A stretch of 64,000 bases of DNA from Ascidiella aspersa (Eukaryota): contig OZ004615.1 in the NCBI GenBank assembly GCA_963924565.1, positions 20,274,001 through 20,338,000 of the forward strand, given 5' to 3'. The notes beneath the pieces are model-generated. The model made no database searches. It saw nothing but the letters and a program-made list of their open reading frames with translations, and was not told the origin of the DNA. The translations under genes and the position numbers were made by a program. Every line of letters starts with the position of its first letter. Position 1 is the stretch's first letter. Of this stretch, positions 26,301 to 39,800 are shown one piece after another.

Positions 26301-26548
26301 CGATATTGACTTCGCCATATCTTTGGCAATTGAAGTTCTTTGGACGAATCGACCATGACTAATATCGCAGTCAAAGTGAGCAAGACGCGACATTGCATTC
26401 TGAAGTCGTACCACTTGTTAGATGCCACGTGGGTCGTGTGTCAGTAATGTCTCCGCGTTTTGTTACTTTGTTTTGCATAAAAAGTGATTCGTCTTTTTAT
26501 TTTATTTACAGGAAATCAAACGAAAAAGACGACGACGACTTCTGGTAA
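8351..26548 (+). CDS. OFD1: Oral-facial-digital syndrome 1 protein orthologue (centriole/centriolar satellite protein with LisH and coiled coils), about 1260 aa, 23 coding exons
   Basis: Exons 8351-8452, 9414-9534, 9616-9731, 10308-10578, 11324-11532, 11886-11990, 12290-12400, 13393-13543, 14048-14142, 14521-14609, 14684-14759, 15413-15515, 16744-16987, 17897-18009, 19116-19211, 19859-20143, 20318-20392, 20836-20910, 21303-21458, 23091-23862, 23976-24075, 25449-25729, 26512-26548. All are GT-AG and phase-consistent, totalling 3783 nt. OFD1-like features: N-terminus LTAEELKSQMYQTMQSTGVLHKLKGQLRQNMINEL, LisH motif LDNLVLHYIKQSRYHYTLSLFQQESGL, coiled coil QLEKELHEQRQSLLRELEQIRLRE, and acidic C-terminus DDDDFW*. 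Confidence 0.88.
10840..11222. mobile_element. hAT-type MITE (TAGAGATAGACCG termini)
   Basis: TIRs tagagatagaccg / cggtctatctcta; perfect TSD ctttaaat. Confidence 0.85.
16128..16422. mobile_element. hAT-type MITE (CAGGGGTTCTTAAACT family)
   Basis: 16-bp TIR caggggttcttaaact / agtttaagaacccctg; TSD cattaaag/cattaaac. Confidence 0.85.
17109..17407. mobile_element. hAT-type MITE
   Basis: Imperfect TIRs cagggctttccaac / gtttggggacccctg; perfect TSD ttttaaat. Confidence 0.75.
18052..18725. mobile_element. hAT-type MITE hosting a nested CAGGGGTTCTTAAACT MITE (18140-18478)
   Basis: Outer termini caggtctgcgga / tccgcagccctg with TSD gttctgac/gtcctgac. The inner element is homologous to 16128-16422. 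An uninterrupted partial copy of the outer element lies at about 34042-34270. Confidence 0.8.
24786..24925 (+). mobile_element. tRNA-derived repeat (SINE-like head), best-preserved copy
   Basis: GCCTGCG/CGCAGGC acceptor stem, A box TAGCTCAGTTGGTAGAGC, B box GAGTTCGAACC, irregular anticodon arm. Related copies at 43943-44078 (+), 56135-56232 (-), 24395-24475 (-) and 9130-9180 (-) share 3' sequence (ctagtt.tttt.ct.gc). Confidence 0.7.
24937..25261. mobile_element. MITE (CATAGGCGC termini)
   Basis: TIR cataggcgctgaac / gttcagcgcctatg; TSD atcttttg/atcttgtg. Second copy at 60991-61266. Confidence 0.8.
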
Positions 26549-27516
26549 AACACAAATCGGATCCGGCGCAATTGCGATTTTAGGTTCTGCATTTTGCACT
26601 GTTTGGTTGATGGTCTTAACAAGATACCTTTTTAACTTTAAAACGGAATTTTAGTCTTTACGGTTGTCGAATGATCAGAAGCTACTTTGCTTTCTTCTCA
26701 GCCCATAAAATCCCGTTTAGCTGGTTTGATATGATGCCAACTATCGGTTATTTTATGGCGGAAAAAGATGTTGAAAACAGGTACAGTCTTACTTTGTGCA
26801 TCAACAAAAGAGCAAGTACTTGTTGTGTTCCTTGCATCATAATTGAGAAGCGTTTTAAAAGTAGATGTAAACTGAGCAGCTTAACGTTTAATAGATCTGT
26901 CTTGTGTAGTCAATTCCTAATCTTTTATTTTACGCTTTATTTTTGTTTATAAATTACTGTGATGGTCTGAAAGTCGAGAGACAGCGGCTCGAATCAAATG
27001 CTCCGTCTACATAACGGCATATCACAAGTAACAAACTCTTATTTTAATGACGCAGTGTACCGTATCCTGGCATTTGTGACGTGGTGAAGTTCCTTAGTTC
27101 ACTTCTAAATTAAACTACACAATCCAATATCCATTGTGGGATTTTTGTTGCCAAAATCAATTAATCTCAGTTTAACGAAACTTACAATATAAAGCCAAAT
27201 CTGACCTATACCAAATGTAAAAAAAGTGAAATATTGTGTTGACTAATTGCTTGTTTTGGTCCATGTTTTTAGATTGCACGCAGAGACGGTTGCCTATTTC
27301 TAGGTTGTTTTTATTTTGCTGTGTCAAAAACTGTTTTTTAAATTCTTTTTCATACTATTCTATAGGTTTTTTGCAATCGAAATACAGATTATATAACACC
27401 TTGCACGAAATATATATTAACGGTGTTGCCTATGATTTGTCCTGCTCTGTTTGGTCTTTGTTAATTTTTTTATAGGCCTTTAATTGGTAAATTGTTCTAA
27501 AATTCATGATCTAAAG

Positions 27517-28289
27517 CAGGGGTCGGGAACCTTTGGCTCGCAGCCATATATGGCTTTTTTTTTTTTCTTTTATAAAAAGAATCTTTCTTGCAGATAAATC
27601 TAAGCTATCATTTCTCAGCATCATTTGTACAAAACTCCACGCGGTTACGGCCGCTTTCCTAACTTTATTTTTCTCTTTTTATCAAACATAGAAGTGTTAC
27701 GCCAAACTATTCTAGAACTCTACTTAACGGCCTGTCGACTGCCAAGCGCTACAACGCGTGTCTTTTAATTGTATTAAAATAAGCGACAGTAAAATACTAT
27801 AACACTAAAACGACGAAAAGCGGCCAACGCGTCAAACGTAACTAATTATTAGGTGCCAACGGAAAAGGTGATAAGATAAGAAATAAAGCGTGAAAGGTGA
27901 GGTACAAAAGTGGAAAAGCGGTATAATTTATGTGAGTAAGAAAGAAAGAGGAAAACGAAAACACGGGTACAAACGATAAAGCTGAATAACGCACACACAA
28001 ACGATAAAATTGGTGCAACAGAAGTAAATTTATTTTCGGCACTGTTATCCCGTTTGATGGAATCTCTTGATATCCAAAAGGCCCTGCTCTTCCGAAGAAG
28101 CTCCGTAATAAAAGTTGTACAAACTTAGCTAATTAATTTTGTCGTGCTTAGTATGTGCCGTATTAAAAAATAAAGGGCCCTGTTCAAATTGCTATTTTCC
28201 GATTTATAACTGTATGTAAAAAAGTATTATATGGCTCTCATGGAAATACAACCAAGAATATTTGACTTTAAAAAGGTTCCCGGCCCCTG
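27517..28289. mobile_element. Non-autonomous hAT element (773 bp)
   Basis: TIR caggggtcgggaacctt / aaggttcccggcccctg; perfect TSD atctaaag. Confidence 0.85.
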
Positions 28290-28517
28290 ATCTAAAGTCT
28301 AAACCTGACTGGAAAGTGTGTAAATTCTATGGGCTATGTGCTCTTGTCGGGCAAGACAAATCATCTGATTGCACTATTTTTGTACGAGCATCGGTCTATA
28401 GGTCCAATGAAAGATCGATTCCGTAAGCTACGGCTTACAGCTGAAACCTCACAATTTATTGCAACATGTTTAGTCAGATGTAGTAATGCCTCAAAGAATG
28501 TACAAATGTGTTTGTAC

Positions 28518-28870
28518 CAGTGTTGTAGACAAGTCACTTGATATGACTAAAGTTCCAGTAAAGTCAATTGTGAAATAACTTTAGTGCAAGTCAAGTTTTT
28601 TCTATAAATAACAACTAAAATCATTATTAGAGCAAATCAATATTAAGTGAAGTTCTTGTCATAAAAATTAGTAAACTCGCTCCATATAAGCAATCACTTA
28701 ACTAAAAACAACAAAAACGCAATATCCAGCAAGAAAATTGTTTTATGTGCTAAAATTAAGATAATAGATCAATTTATACAGAAATAGTAATACTTTATTT
28801 CAGCCAAGTCATTTGATCAAAAGGCAAGTGCACTTCAGTCAAGTCATGAACTAAACTCACTACAACGCTG
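28518..28870. mobile_element. CAAGT-rich MITE family (CAGTGTTGTA termini)
   Basis: Termini cagtgttgtag / ctacaacgctg with flanks gtttgtac/atttgtaa. Homologous caagtcaagtc-rich copies at about 7246-7750, 16440-16687, 34773-35000, 47760-48020 and 53645-54017. Confidence 0.65.
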
Positions 28871-29077
28871 ATTTGTAAGGCCGAGTGAAACGAATTGCCA
28901 ACTCACATCACGTATCGGCTCCCGATCATAAAATTATCGGACATTTTTGTTATCAATAAAATAATATGAGGCAGTCGAAATAATCCACTTATATTATATA
29001 TGACTCTAAAGATGCTGCGTGACCCATACCACTTGAAAAGTGTAGGCCTACATTGGGTTGTCAGCCACCATATAGTG

Positions 29078-29519
29078 CAGGGTGGTCCAAACCTAGGCGA
29101 CATCATTTGTCGTAACCCGCGAGCACTGTTGAATTATTGTGATGCGTAGCTTTATAAGTTTAATCAAAGAAATATACGTGACCAACGAACAGCAAGAATG
29201 TTCTAATTGTTTGGGTATGATTATTTGATTACATTTTCCCAGTTACACCATTAATTAAAGCAGTTGACTATTCGCCAGTATCATTATCACTCGATTTCAT
29301 TTGCGCACAATTTCGACGAGAGCAGCAAGTTTATGGAGCTTAATATTCTCTCGACGTTACTTTTTGACGGTGCTTTGTTTGTGGCGTCGTCTTTAACATT
29401 TCATGCCCCGCCCAAACGAAAATCATTGCCGATGGCACGCATGTAGCACTTTATGTGGCCCGCAGATAATATGCAAGAAATATTTTGGCCCGCAATGCTG
29501 TCAGCCTTGGACCACCGTG
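29078..29519. mobile_element. hAT-type MITE
   Basis: Termini cagggtggtccaa / ttggaccaccgtg; perfect TSD atatagtg. Confidence 0.8.
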
Positions 29520-30883
29520 ATATAGTGCATTGAAAGCAGTGAAGATTTCTCGCTTTAGAACCTGAAGTGGCCCAAATATGCCCGAGTTAAGCGCTGGTAA
29601 AACGAACACAAATCAGAAGATCAAGTTGTTGATTACTAAGCTTTTATTTACATCGCATTGCAATCAAGCGTATCCGGAACTGAGGCTGATGTGATATGCA
29701 CAAATAACGTTACACGTAGAAACGCGAAAAAGTAAAAAAATCGGGCGACACTCTCTTGCTGGTTTCTATTATCGCCAGATAGCTACAATTAGCAAATGCT
29801 GGCTCGCCACATCCACAGTAAAAAGCAATATATTGCACGATTTTTCTAATAAATATCAAACAAGAATAAAAATAAAACAGTTCTTTTTAGGTAACTGCAG
29901 CAATTAAAATTACTAAAGTGCTGTTTTTTCTGTTAACAAATTGAAATCCATATATCACGCAAACCAAACCAAATTTGCAGCAAAAAGCAGGGCAAAATAT
30001 ATATCGTGATCCATAACAATATAGAATAATGGCTGACGTTTAGAACTAACAATTCCACGGAAAACAAATGCAAAAAAGTTCAAACGAGCACATTAAATTA
30101 CTGCATTATAGGCTTTGAAATTAGATACTCAGATTATGAGAGTTTTTTTTTTTTTTTTTTTTTTAATTTTTTCGAGTTTTGTTGTAATACCTCAGGAAAT
30201 CCTGTTTTAATAATATATTACCAAATGTACATTACATAATGTGCGGTTTGAGCAAGGTTCTCTAAACAGTTGTTACAGTGCCTTCGCATAACTAATCTCG
30301 TTAATAAAATACAAGGCAAAAAGTAAAATCAAGAGCTGTGAATAAATACACGAGTCTAAAAATTTCCTACATATTTTTTCCTACACGTGTAAGATAAGGT
30401 TGAAGTAACGCAATAATACAGACAGCACATTAGTCGTAAAACAACACTAGGAATTAAAATACAAAACAAATAATATTTATTAATGCTTAAATTTACTTAA
30501 ATATAATTCGTAAGGCTTCAAATGCTATTTTAATTCTAAATGCTATAGTTGTACCGACCTAATTTGATTACAGAAAAACTGTAAAATGTACCCTATTTTT
30601 TTTCTAATAATATAACTGTTATTTAGTCAATATGTCATTATAATTGTACTGCTTTACATTACTAGAGTCCGCTGAGTATATTAAAAAAACATTGAACCTG
30701 GGTAAATCCACAAGCTGTGACGTCAAAAAACGTTTCACCCTGAGGCAAATAACCTGAAGGTCTTAAAGCCAATCTGTATACATTGCCAAACTTGCTTTCG
30801 ACAAAACGTTTCACGCCCCGCATTTAGCCCTACATCTGTTACAGCACTGGACAGCAGTAGGCTACTGGAATAATGGTGTCGTT

Positions 30884-33800
30884 TTAGGCGTTTGATTCGT
30901 GATGTTCTGTGGCCTCGCGTTGCCAGCGTACCAGATTGAGGAAGACTTGTTCCAGCGTAGTTTGCGACACTGTGTAGTCGCTCAAGCCCATGTCAAGCTT
31001 TTTCGATTCCATGCGTTCGAACACCTGGATATATACAAGAAACATTTCGGTCCGAAAACTGCTTCAATTGGCTTTAAATGTTTTCCAGCAAAGAGGCTTT
31101 TGAGATAGTGTAGGCAACGAGTTTCTACACATAACTTGTCTCCTACTTACCAACCAAATCAAATAGGCGTAAAAACAGCTTAAAAATCTAGATGTCTACA
31201 ACTCTTACCGTGGATAGCTTCAGGTGTTGGCCTCCCGGTGTGGTTTGCGGGATGTGGTACGTCAGCAGTCCAGGGTGTTCGTCTTTAAGATCACAACCTA
31301 GCCGAGCGGAAAGTTTTTTTAATGTGCGGTCAGGGTTATTCAGGCCGGTCGACATTTTTTGACAATTAGAAGTATTTTCAGGGGTATTTTGGACAAACAC
31401 TTTTTTTTAAATAACCACACAAATATCAGAATAGTTTTAAATGATAAAGTTTAGGTATTTTTTTCTCGGTAAACTACGAAAAGCGGTATGAATATAGGAA
31501 ATAAAGAGTTTTTCGCCATCGCTAAGCTACAAGTTTCGTATTTTATTTCGTTTTCACAAAAAAGAAAGTAAAACACGAGTCTGCAATTTGCAAACAAACA
31601 CCACAAAACTACAAAGCTTACCCGGAAAACTATCGACCATGAAGCTTTTGGCGGTGGTCAAATCGGCCAAGGCCGAGCTGAGCTTGACTTCGACTGTGTA
31701 TCCCTGCCCGAAGCGTGACTTTAGGTGCTGAGGACCGCCCAGACATCGCAGTTGGCCGTTGACCATGATGCCAAGCCGAGTGCACAGCGCCTCGCATTCC
31801 TCCATGCTAAAGATCAAGCAATTTGTTTAGTTTTGCGCCCTCTGTGTTAATTAATTCAGTTCACATGAAACATGCAAACACACATATGTGTGTTGACAAC
31901 TGTGATCTAGTCCTTCTAAAGCTGCTTTTTGACGAACGATTACGGATCACGTATCATTAGTACACCGAAGCACATCCAAGTCTCACCGAATCTGTTGATT
32001 CAGTTTACATGATAATTAAGTCAGGACGCTTGCAGTAAATTAAGACACATTTCAGGATCAACTCCAGTCTATGCAAAAAATCATTGCCTTCAAAGTTGAT
32101 GTTCAAGTATTATAACTAGCTATTAACTAGATTATGTGCAACATTTCGCAAAACAAACCCTTCAACAAAGAATAAAAATCCAAATATTATCACTTAAGTC
32201 ATTGCTAAGTCATCTTTAGGTCATGTTAAGATTTACTTAAACATACCTACGTTGTTGACTAAAGTGTTTGCAACTTTGCATACTAAACAGTAATTTTTTC
32301 CCGAGCGATTATTATTTTTCTTTTTTTAAACAGCGATAACTACTTTATTTCATCTTTTGGGACAGCAAGGGGTCGATGATTACAAAAACGTATAATAAGG
32401 TGATAGCAAAAGCGCATTTCACGTAGGCTCACCTTTCTTTTTAGAAAAAAATGAGAACAACTATACGTTAAAATACGGCAACTAAACAGAAAATTAGTTT
32501 TATAAGTAAATAGCTGTTAGCTGCATTACAATTTCCTATTGTAATTTGTTGCGTTTGCTTTTTTCGCCGTTTTATTTAAAAAAAAATAGTCAAATTTAAA
32601 ACGAGATGTTTTTGCAAATGTTTTACATGTTATCTGACATAGTATCGGACGATTAGCAACAAATGAATGTGAAATTGTCGTTTAACATTTGTTTCTTGAA
32701 ACTAAGTAGGTTGTCTTTGATTTTTATAATGGCTGTCTAATGTCTATCTTAGTAATCCAGAAGTCTTCTTTTTCATGTCTTATAATTTTTATTAATATAT
32801 AAAAATAAACAACCCCCCGACCACCGTGTGACGTAACAATTGACTCCACGTCAGGTAAACCTAAGAAAATTATTACGACCCGACGTTAAACAAGTTAAAA
32901 ACACTAAACTGTAAGATATACATTATACAAACATAAAAACAAGTCGGCCCCGATGCCCTTACCTGTGTGACGTAATAACGATGGAGCATCCCATCGCTCT
33001 GACGTCAGCCAGCGCGTCCCAAAGCATTCTCTTGGCGCCGGGATCCATTCCGGTGCTGGGCTCGTCCAGCAGCACCACGGGGGGATTCCCCACAAGCGCG
33101 ATGGCGGTACTCAACTTGCGTTTGTTGCCGCCGCTGGAGAAATAAGTGGCAAAACAAATGGTTGGAGGTTGTAGTGAAACGTTGGAGAAATACCAAAGCC
33201 CGTACAGGATTTGGATAAACGTTACCAATGAATCTTTATTTACAGCTTCTATTAGTTTTATTGAATTTGGAAAAGTTCTTGTAATAGGACCACATGTAAT
33301 TGTAAAGCTCCACATAAAAGATTTAGTCTACCTGGGACTGGGAGATATGATGAACCTTGGGAGATCCAAAAAATAAATTAATCTAGTTAAAATCAGGCTT
33401 TACTATAATCTAATAAGGAACGGTGTAACACGATATTTTTATGTGGGAAAAATCTCGAAGGCCGTAAACTTCTCTCAACCAAACAATCTATTTTTTTTTC
33501 AAAATAACAGTTTTTCAAAATTGACCTATTGTAGAATTTTGAAACGTTTAACGGAAGTATCAGAAACTTGCCGGGATCGGTAGCCAAACGTGATTCTAAA
33601 AGTTCCTCAATTCAAAAACAAATACTCCTCAATTTGAAGAAAAGCTTCTTAAATCAGTTAGATTTGCGCAAGAAGAAGAGAAAATACGAACGTAACTACA
33701 GCATAGAGCAAAAATTCTTCCAATCACTTACAGCCGTGTTCACGTCGTGTGGCTCAACGCTGGGAAACAAACTTAAAAGGCACTTACCTATAAGTACCGC

Positions 33801-36800
33801 AGGTCTTCTCCAGATGCTGCTCGAAGTGCAGAATTCTGCCCAGGTTGGCCACACAGGAGGGAATGTCCCGCTCGGGGACGCCCCGCAGGCGAGCGAACAT
33901 CCAGAGTGTCTCGGCGCCGGTCATTTGCTCGATAAGGCCGTCAAATTGCGGACAGTAGCCCATGCGCTGCTGGACCTGCGGTTGCGCGAGGGGTCAATAC
34001 TGTCATGCGAACCTTGCGCATTTCAGTACAAGTGTTTAGAGCAGGGCGTCGGTTTAGGATTTGGGACTCGACAGAGTCGGTTTTATTTGCTGGAGTCGGA
34101 CTCGGGACTCGAGTAAGACCACGTAAAACTACTCGAGTCCCGAGTCCGACGTGCGCATTACGAAATTTCAAAACTGATAAGGCAGCAAACTGTAAATTGT
34201 AAAACAGGTAATATAAAATGTTGAAATATTTCCCAACCATGTATTGTAAGTGGATGAGTTATATGACACCGCTATGAGTGGATTGCTTAATAACCTCCTG
34301 ATTTAGTTATTAACAAATATCAAAAACCAAAAATATAGCACTAAATTAATTTTATGCGCAAAAAGTAGAATACTTAATAAAAAAAAATTAATGAAAACAG
34401 TTCATTTTGGCCAAAGTCATTTGTCTAAAAAATGTCAAAGTAATCAACGAAATTATTATAGGAAAATTTTTCGAAACTTTAAAAGGCCTTATACCGATAA
34501 CTGTAAAAAAAAAACACTTGAACAAAATCGCCGGGCCCACAACACTCACCTTATGTAAGCTGGTGCCGATGTCGAAGCCGTCTAGGAAGGCGGTACCGCT
34601 GGTGGGCCGGTAATCGCCCGTCAGCATCTTGAAGGTGGTCGTCTTGCCGGCGCCGTTTATGCCCAGCAGACCGAAGCACTCGGCCTCGGGAATCCCCACG
34701 CAGAGGTTGTCCACCGCCACCAGGCCCTTGCCCCGATTGGCGCTGTACACCTGCGCGAGTCACGAGTTATAGCAGTGTTGTAAACAAGTTATTTTAAAAT
34801 GACTTATGTCCCAGTCAAGTCATTTAAAAAATAACTTAAGTCTAAGTCAAGTCTTTTGCAAAAATAACACGTCAAGTCCAAGTCATCGCTTGCCCAAGTC
34901 AAGTCCCAGTAAATTATTATGAAAGCAAGTCAACTTCAAATCATGTCATTGACATAAAAGTGAACTGTTAAACTTGTAAAATTGGTAAACTCGTGCGAGT
35001 ATTTGATTATAATTTACTGGGACTAAAATTGGTAAACTCGTGCAAGTATTTGATTATAATTTACTGGGACTAAAATTGGTAAACTCGTGCGAGTATTTGG
35101 TTATGAGTATTAGATCGACAACAGTAGATATTAGTTTTGCCAGGGTTAATTGACTTAAGACAAAAACAAGTATCGTGCGATTATTCCATTACCGATTATT
35201 GGGTCACATTTTATTTAATTCTATTGTTTTGAAATGTAAACCTCTTTTACACAAGTAGGGGTTAAGGCAATTGTGCAGGCAATATTTACGATTCCATTTA
35301 AAAAAGGAAACTAAGTCACCCTTCAGAGTTTTGAATCAAATTGGGCAAGAGTCATGTTCAGTTCACTTGTGTGCCGACTTATACCTTGGTGAGATTTTTC
35401 ACGATGAGTCGATCTGTAGCGACGAGGTCGGGCATCTGCGAAAGGTTGATTCTGTCACGTTCAGCTGCCACGTCATCGTCCTCACGTGACCGCTCGCAAA
35501 CCGGCGTACTTAGGCCCTGCGTTAGTAGTTGTTGTTTAAGTGACTTGGTTTTAACTAAGTTAATGTGACTTACCAAGCGCAAAATATTTTTGCATTTACA
35601 TAGTTAAGTTAGCAAAAAAACAGTTCCACCGCTTACCGAGTCATTTCGTCGGCAACTTCGCCAGAGCCGTCGGAATTTGGCGCGTACGTCATTCCACGCC
35701 ATCGGAATGACGTCATAGGCTACGAGGAAGAGAATGAGAAAGAAGAGGACTCCCTGGATGCCCATGAAGGTGGCGAACCTCCCGACTCCATACTGATCCC
35801 AGGCCAGGAAGTTGGTTTGGTAGGTGATGTCTGGAACGAATTATTGCGATTAAACACTACTTGGCTAATTACAAACATGAAAAAACCTCCAGGTGCGCTG
35901 TTTAACCTTACACCACATTTTTTAATTGAAAGAAACAAACAAAATAGGGATCAAAAAAGTTGTAAGAATACTTAATTTCGGCACCAAAAATTTTGAAAAT
36001 AAATCTACACCAAAAAACATCGAAAAAAAAGAAGGATACTCACTCTCGGCTTTACACACGATCTCGTAAAATGTGCTTTCGGTGCAGATGTTCACCATCT
36101 TGTCGTTGGCGTAGAGATCGGCGAGTCCCTGGCCCAAGCAGTATTGCGGCATCAGCAGGAAAACCCAGTTCAGCGCGTCGGCAGCGTCGGTTAGGCCTAT
36201 TTGCGAGAGGGAAAAGTTTTAATAAGGAATATACGATAATATCGCAGCGGGCGGTGATCCAACTTAATGCGCATTTCACATAGAAGTCAAGTACATTGTC
36301 AGGTGGTTACTGTTACTTTGTCAGTTTATAAATACATTGTTCTTCAATTACCAGCAGTTAGTGTAAAATACAACCGCCAATCAAAAAGTTGAATTCGGTT
36401 GCTCTGTTATCAACCAATAAACTGCAGCAGAGATTGTCCAATGCCGATGCCAAGTGGAAGTATCGGCACTGAGATGGCGTCGGTGCCGATCCGATTATAA
36501 ATTAATATATGGATTTTCGCCATGATTTGTCACCCAATACAGCATTTGCTATCTTAAAAGTTATATATATCAAACATAGAGGTTAGAACTGATGATAATT
36601 AAATTCCCTAAAACTACAGAAACTTTTGACCTAATAACATGAGAAAAATTGTCCCTGGACGTTTAAGTTTAAACTATTCTGTTTGTTTAAGCATAGTTAT
36701 GTCGTCATTGGCTTCGAACCGCGATACATTTTATTTTATATATCGGTATCGGATTAAAATGTCAAGTATCGGACATTTTTTTAACCAAATAAAAAAAGGA

Positions 36801-39800
36801 CGAGGTGAACGCCCACTTTTTAGGAAGGGAGGCTCAAAGTACATTTTGGATAGAAAATTTAATGTTATATGCTTTTCGCTGGCTGTTATGGTTGCTTTTA
36901 TGCTCTCTGATGCCCCACATTATGAAGTGGTATGTTGAGTTACTCAAGAGTAACACATATGTACTGTGCCTTTGTCACGACTGTTAAACAAATTATATTA
37001 GTTTACTATATCTCAAGGAAGTGGTGCACGATATTCAAGGTCGTGTTTTTTTCGGTCTGCATATTTTGACGTTTTGTGTTGTTTGGGCTATTTTTGAAGT
37101 GTGATTTTCTGTTTTGACGACCGATTTGGGCACATTTAGTTACAGAAATCTGGTACAGACGGAAAGATATACATTTCTCTCTTAGAAAATAAACTTAAAA
37201 ATCTAGTGGCAAAGCAGAAGCATTGTCAACCATATATCAAGTATCCCATAGAAAAGTAATTTTCACAAAAACGCGGTTTTGGAATGATCTTTGGGGCAAA
37301 GGCACAGGGATAAGTATAAAACAGGGGCGTGTGCAAAACACAAGATGAACAACCGCTGTTTTATTGGTAGAGCGACGGTCTCGGTATGACCGACGTGAGT
37401 TCGTGTTATTCTAGTACACTTACTGAGCAACCGAAGGACGTTGATTGTGATGATTGAGGCGAGTCCGGTTACGATGTTCAGGATGGTGATGCGCACCAGA
37501 GCTGTAGAGGGAACTTGAAAGAGGAAGGAGAGGCAGTAGATGAAGGGGAGCGACGCCCAGCAGTAGAGAGCGAAGAGCAGGAGGACTATTCCGGAGTGAT
37601 CGGAGAACTCGGTCACAGAGAGGAGCGTAAACATCAGCTGGAAAATGATTTTTTTTTTGGAAATGTTAGATTACGGTTTGTTGTTGTCTGTCAGTTTGAA
37701 AGTGGTAAAATAAAAGTTTACACACAGTAAGACCCACAAAGCACCAATACGTAACAGAAAAAATCTACTTAGTATCATAGTAGTAAGACCAACGACATAA
37801 TAAAGCCAAATAGGCCAACGCAGTAATATCCAGTACAGATTAATATCGAAATCGTTTTAATAAGACCTAAATCTTTCAAAACACTTCCTCGATTCGTCGG
37901 AATAAGGCCTAAATGGCCAAAATAACGCCGTAACTCAAGGGAATTGTGTTTATTTCGACGTTAATGTGGTTCTTGTTTTGACCTTATGGCTGGAGTCCAA
38001 ACCAAGTGCTGGTGAAAAAAAAATGAAAGATACTCAAAGACTTTTTCAAAAAAAATTTGTATATTTTAAAGACCGAAAATTTAATCGCTCGACGTAAAAT
38101 GTCGTTCGAAAACAAAACAAAAAGCGTGAACGCCATGGTCAACACAATTAAAAAAACATTTTATTGAAAAAAAAACATACGGCACTTTCAAAACACATCA
38201 TTTAAGCTTGACACAAAATAAATTCAAAGACTCTTTAAAACCTTTTGAAAAAACAAACGATCTTTCAAAGACTTTGGAATGCCTAAATTATTTCAAAGAC
38301 ATTCGAAGAATTAAAAAAAAACCTAGGGGATTTTCACAGACTTCTTAGATATGCACATTAAAGCAAAGACATTTAAAGACTTTAAAAGACTCAAGGACTT
38401 CTGGCAAACCTGCAACAGCGTCATGTCATTTCAGCAAAATATGAAGACAGTAAAAAAAAACTGACGGTACAGTCGTTCTCACCATGGTGATGAGGCAGGG
38501 CGTGATGAAGTTGATAAAGTCCCAGAGGAAGGCGGAGAACCAGAAGCAGAAGGGATCGACTCCGGCCAGTGTCTGGAGGAGCGAGGAGCGGTCGACTCTC
38601 TCGCGCACCAGGAAGAGGCAGAAGGATGCGGCGAGAAAGGAGAAGCCCAGCACCACGTTGAACGCGATCAGGAAACCGGAGAGCGACCTGTAGAAAAGAG
38701 TGGCCCTTTTTTTTTTTTTTTGTCTTTCAAGAAGATGCGGAACGAATACAACGGATAACTGTTGATGAAAGAGGATACAAGTTTGTATCGAAAGGTCTTA
38801 TTCAAGAAAAAATCGAACTACTTCAACTTTTTGGCTTTGCAATTCATTTTCAAGCTATATTACAGATCCGTAGTGCACACAGCAAAAATATATTTGGTAA
38901 TAACTATTTTTTTTTGTTTTACTGATAAGTGCTTTAGTCAAGGTGCATAGAATTACAAGCGAAAAAATAGAATTACAAGCGACAACTCACACTTAAAAGT
39001 AATTACTATATATGCCCTTACTGAGGTATATGTTAATCCCTTTGCTCGCTTGACATTAATCTCTAAAACTCACCCAATCAGCTGTTCCTCGACCCTGTTG
39101 GTTGAGTTGCGGGGCAGGGGGTCGTTGACCAGGGTGATGTTCAGGCCCGGGATTCCCCCAACCATGCGCGCGTAGGCCTGGTCCAGGTAGGCCAGGGAAC
39201 TTGCGGGTGTGTGGTAAGCCTGGTCGTTGAACCAAGCGATGCTGTGGCTTTTGTTGGTCACTGAACAAAAATGGTACACTGTTAAAATATGAGGGTTGTA
39301 ATAATCCACCTCAGGGTGAAAATTTGTAAAAAAAAAATGGTTAATTTCCACCATCATGTGAAAAAAGGTGGAAATAAAACTCCTAAACGTGGAATTTTCC
39401 ACCAACACCAATAGTATGAGATTCATAGCGTGGAAATCTCCACCCTGTAATCCTAAAAACGTGGTGAAAGTCAATGGGTATCATTTTGAACGCTTCCAAT
39501 ATATCTTTAATCATTTTCAACATCAATTATTCGAAACCTTCGAAATGCAACCTACTTTTGTATGGGCTTTGGTATTCTTAATACGTTTTACTACAACCTC
39601 CAACCACTATCTCCCAAAAAACGAGGTTATTTGTTTGTTTTTCAGTTCAACAAGGCGATAAAATAATAGAGTCTGGATATGCCGTGAAGGTCACAACGAT
39701 TTGAAGAGTATATTTTGTAATTTGTATTTGTTAATACATTTCGCAATGGTTGCTAAGGTTGGTGGAAGTGTACGGCATTTCAGTTTCATCTTGTCAAGGT

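Noticed and set aside
30143-30164. T22 run as the poly(A) tail of a retrocopy
   Set aside because: No TSD or recognisable element body is adjacent; it is a simple homopolymer downstream of the ABCA stop codon.
33568-34240. Long ORFs 33568-34116 (+) and 33941-34240 (-), and similar ORF-track entries overlapping exons
   Set aside because: These are antisense or off-frame shadows of GC-rich exons and MITE sequence, with no independent splice or homology support.
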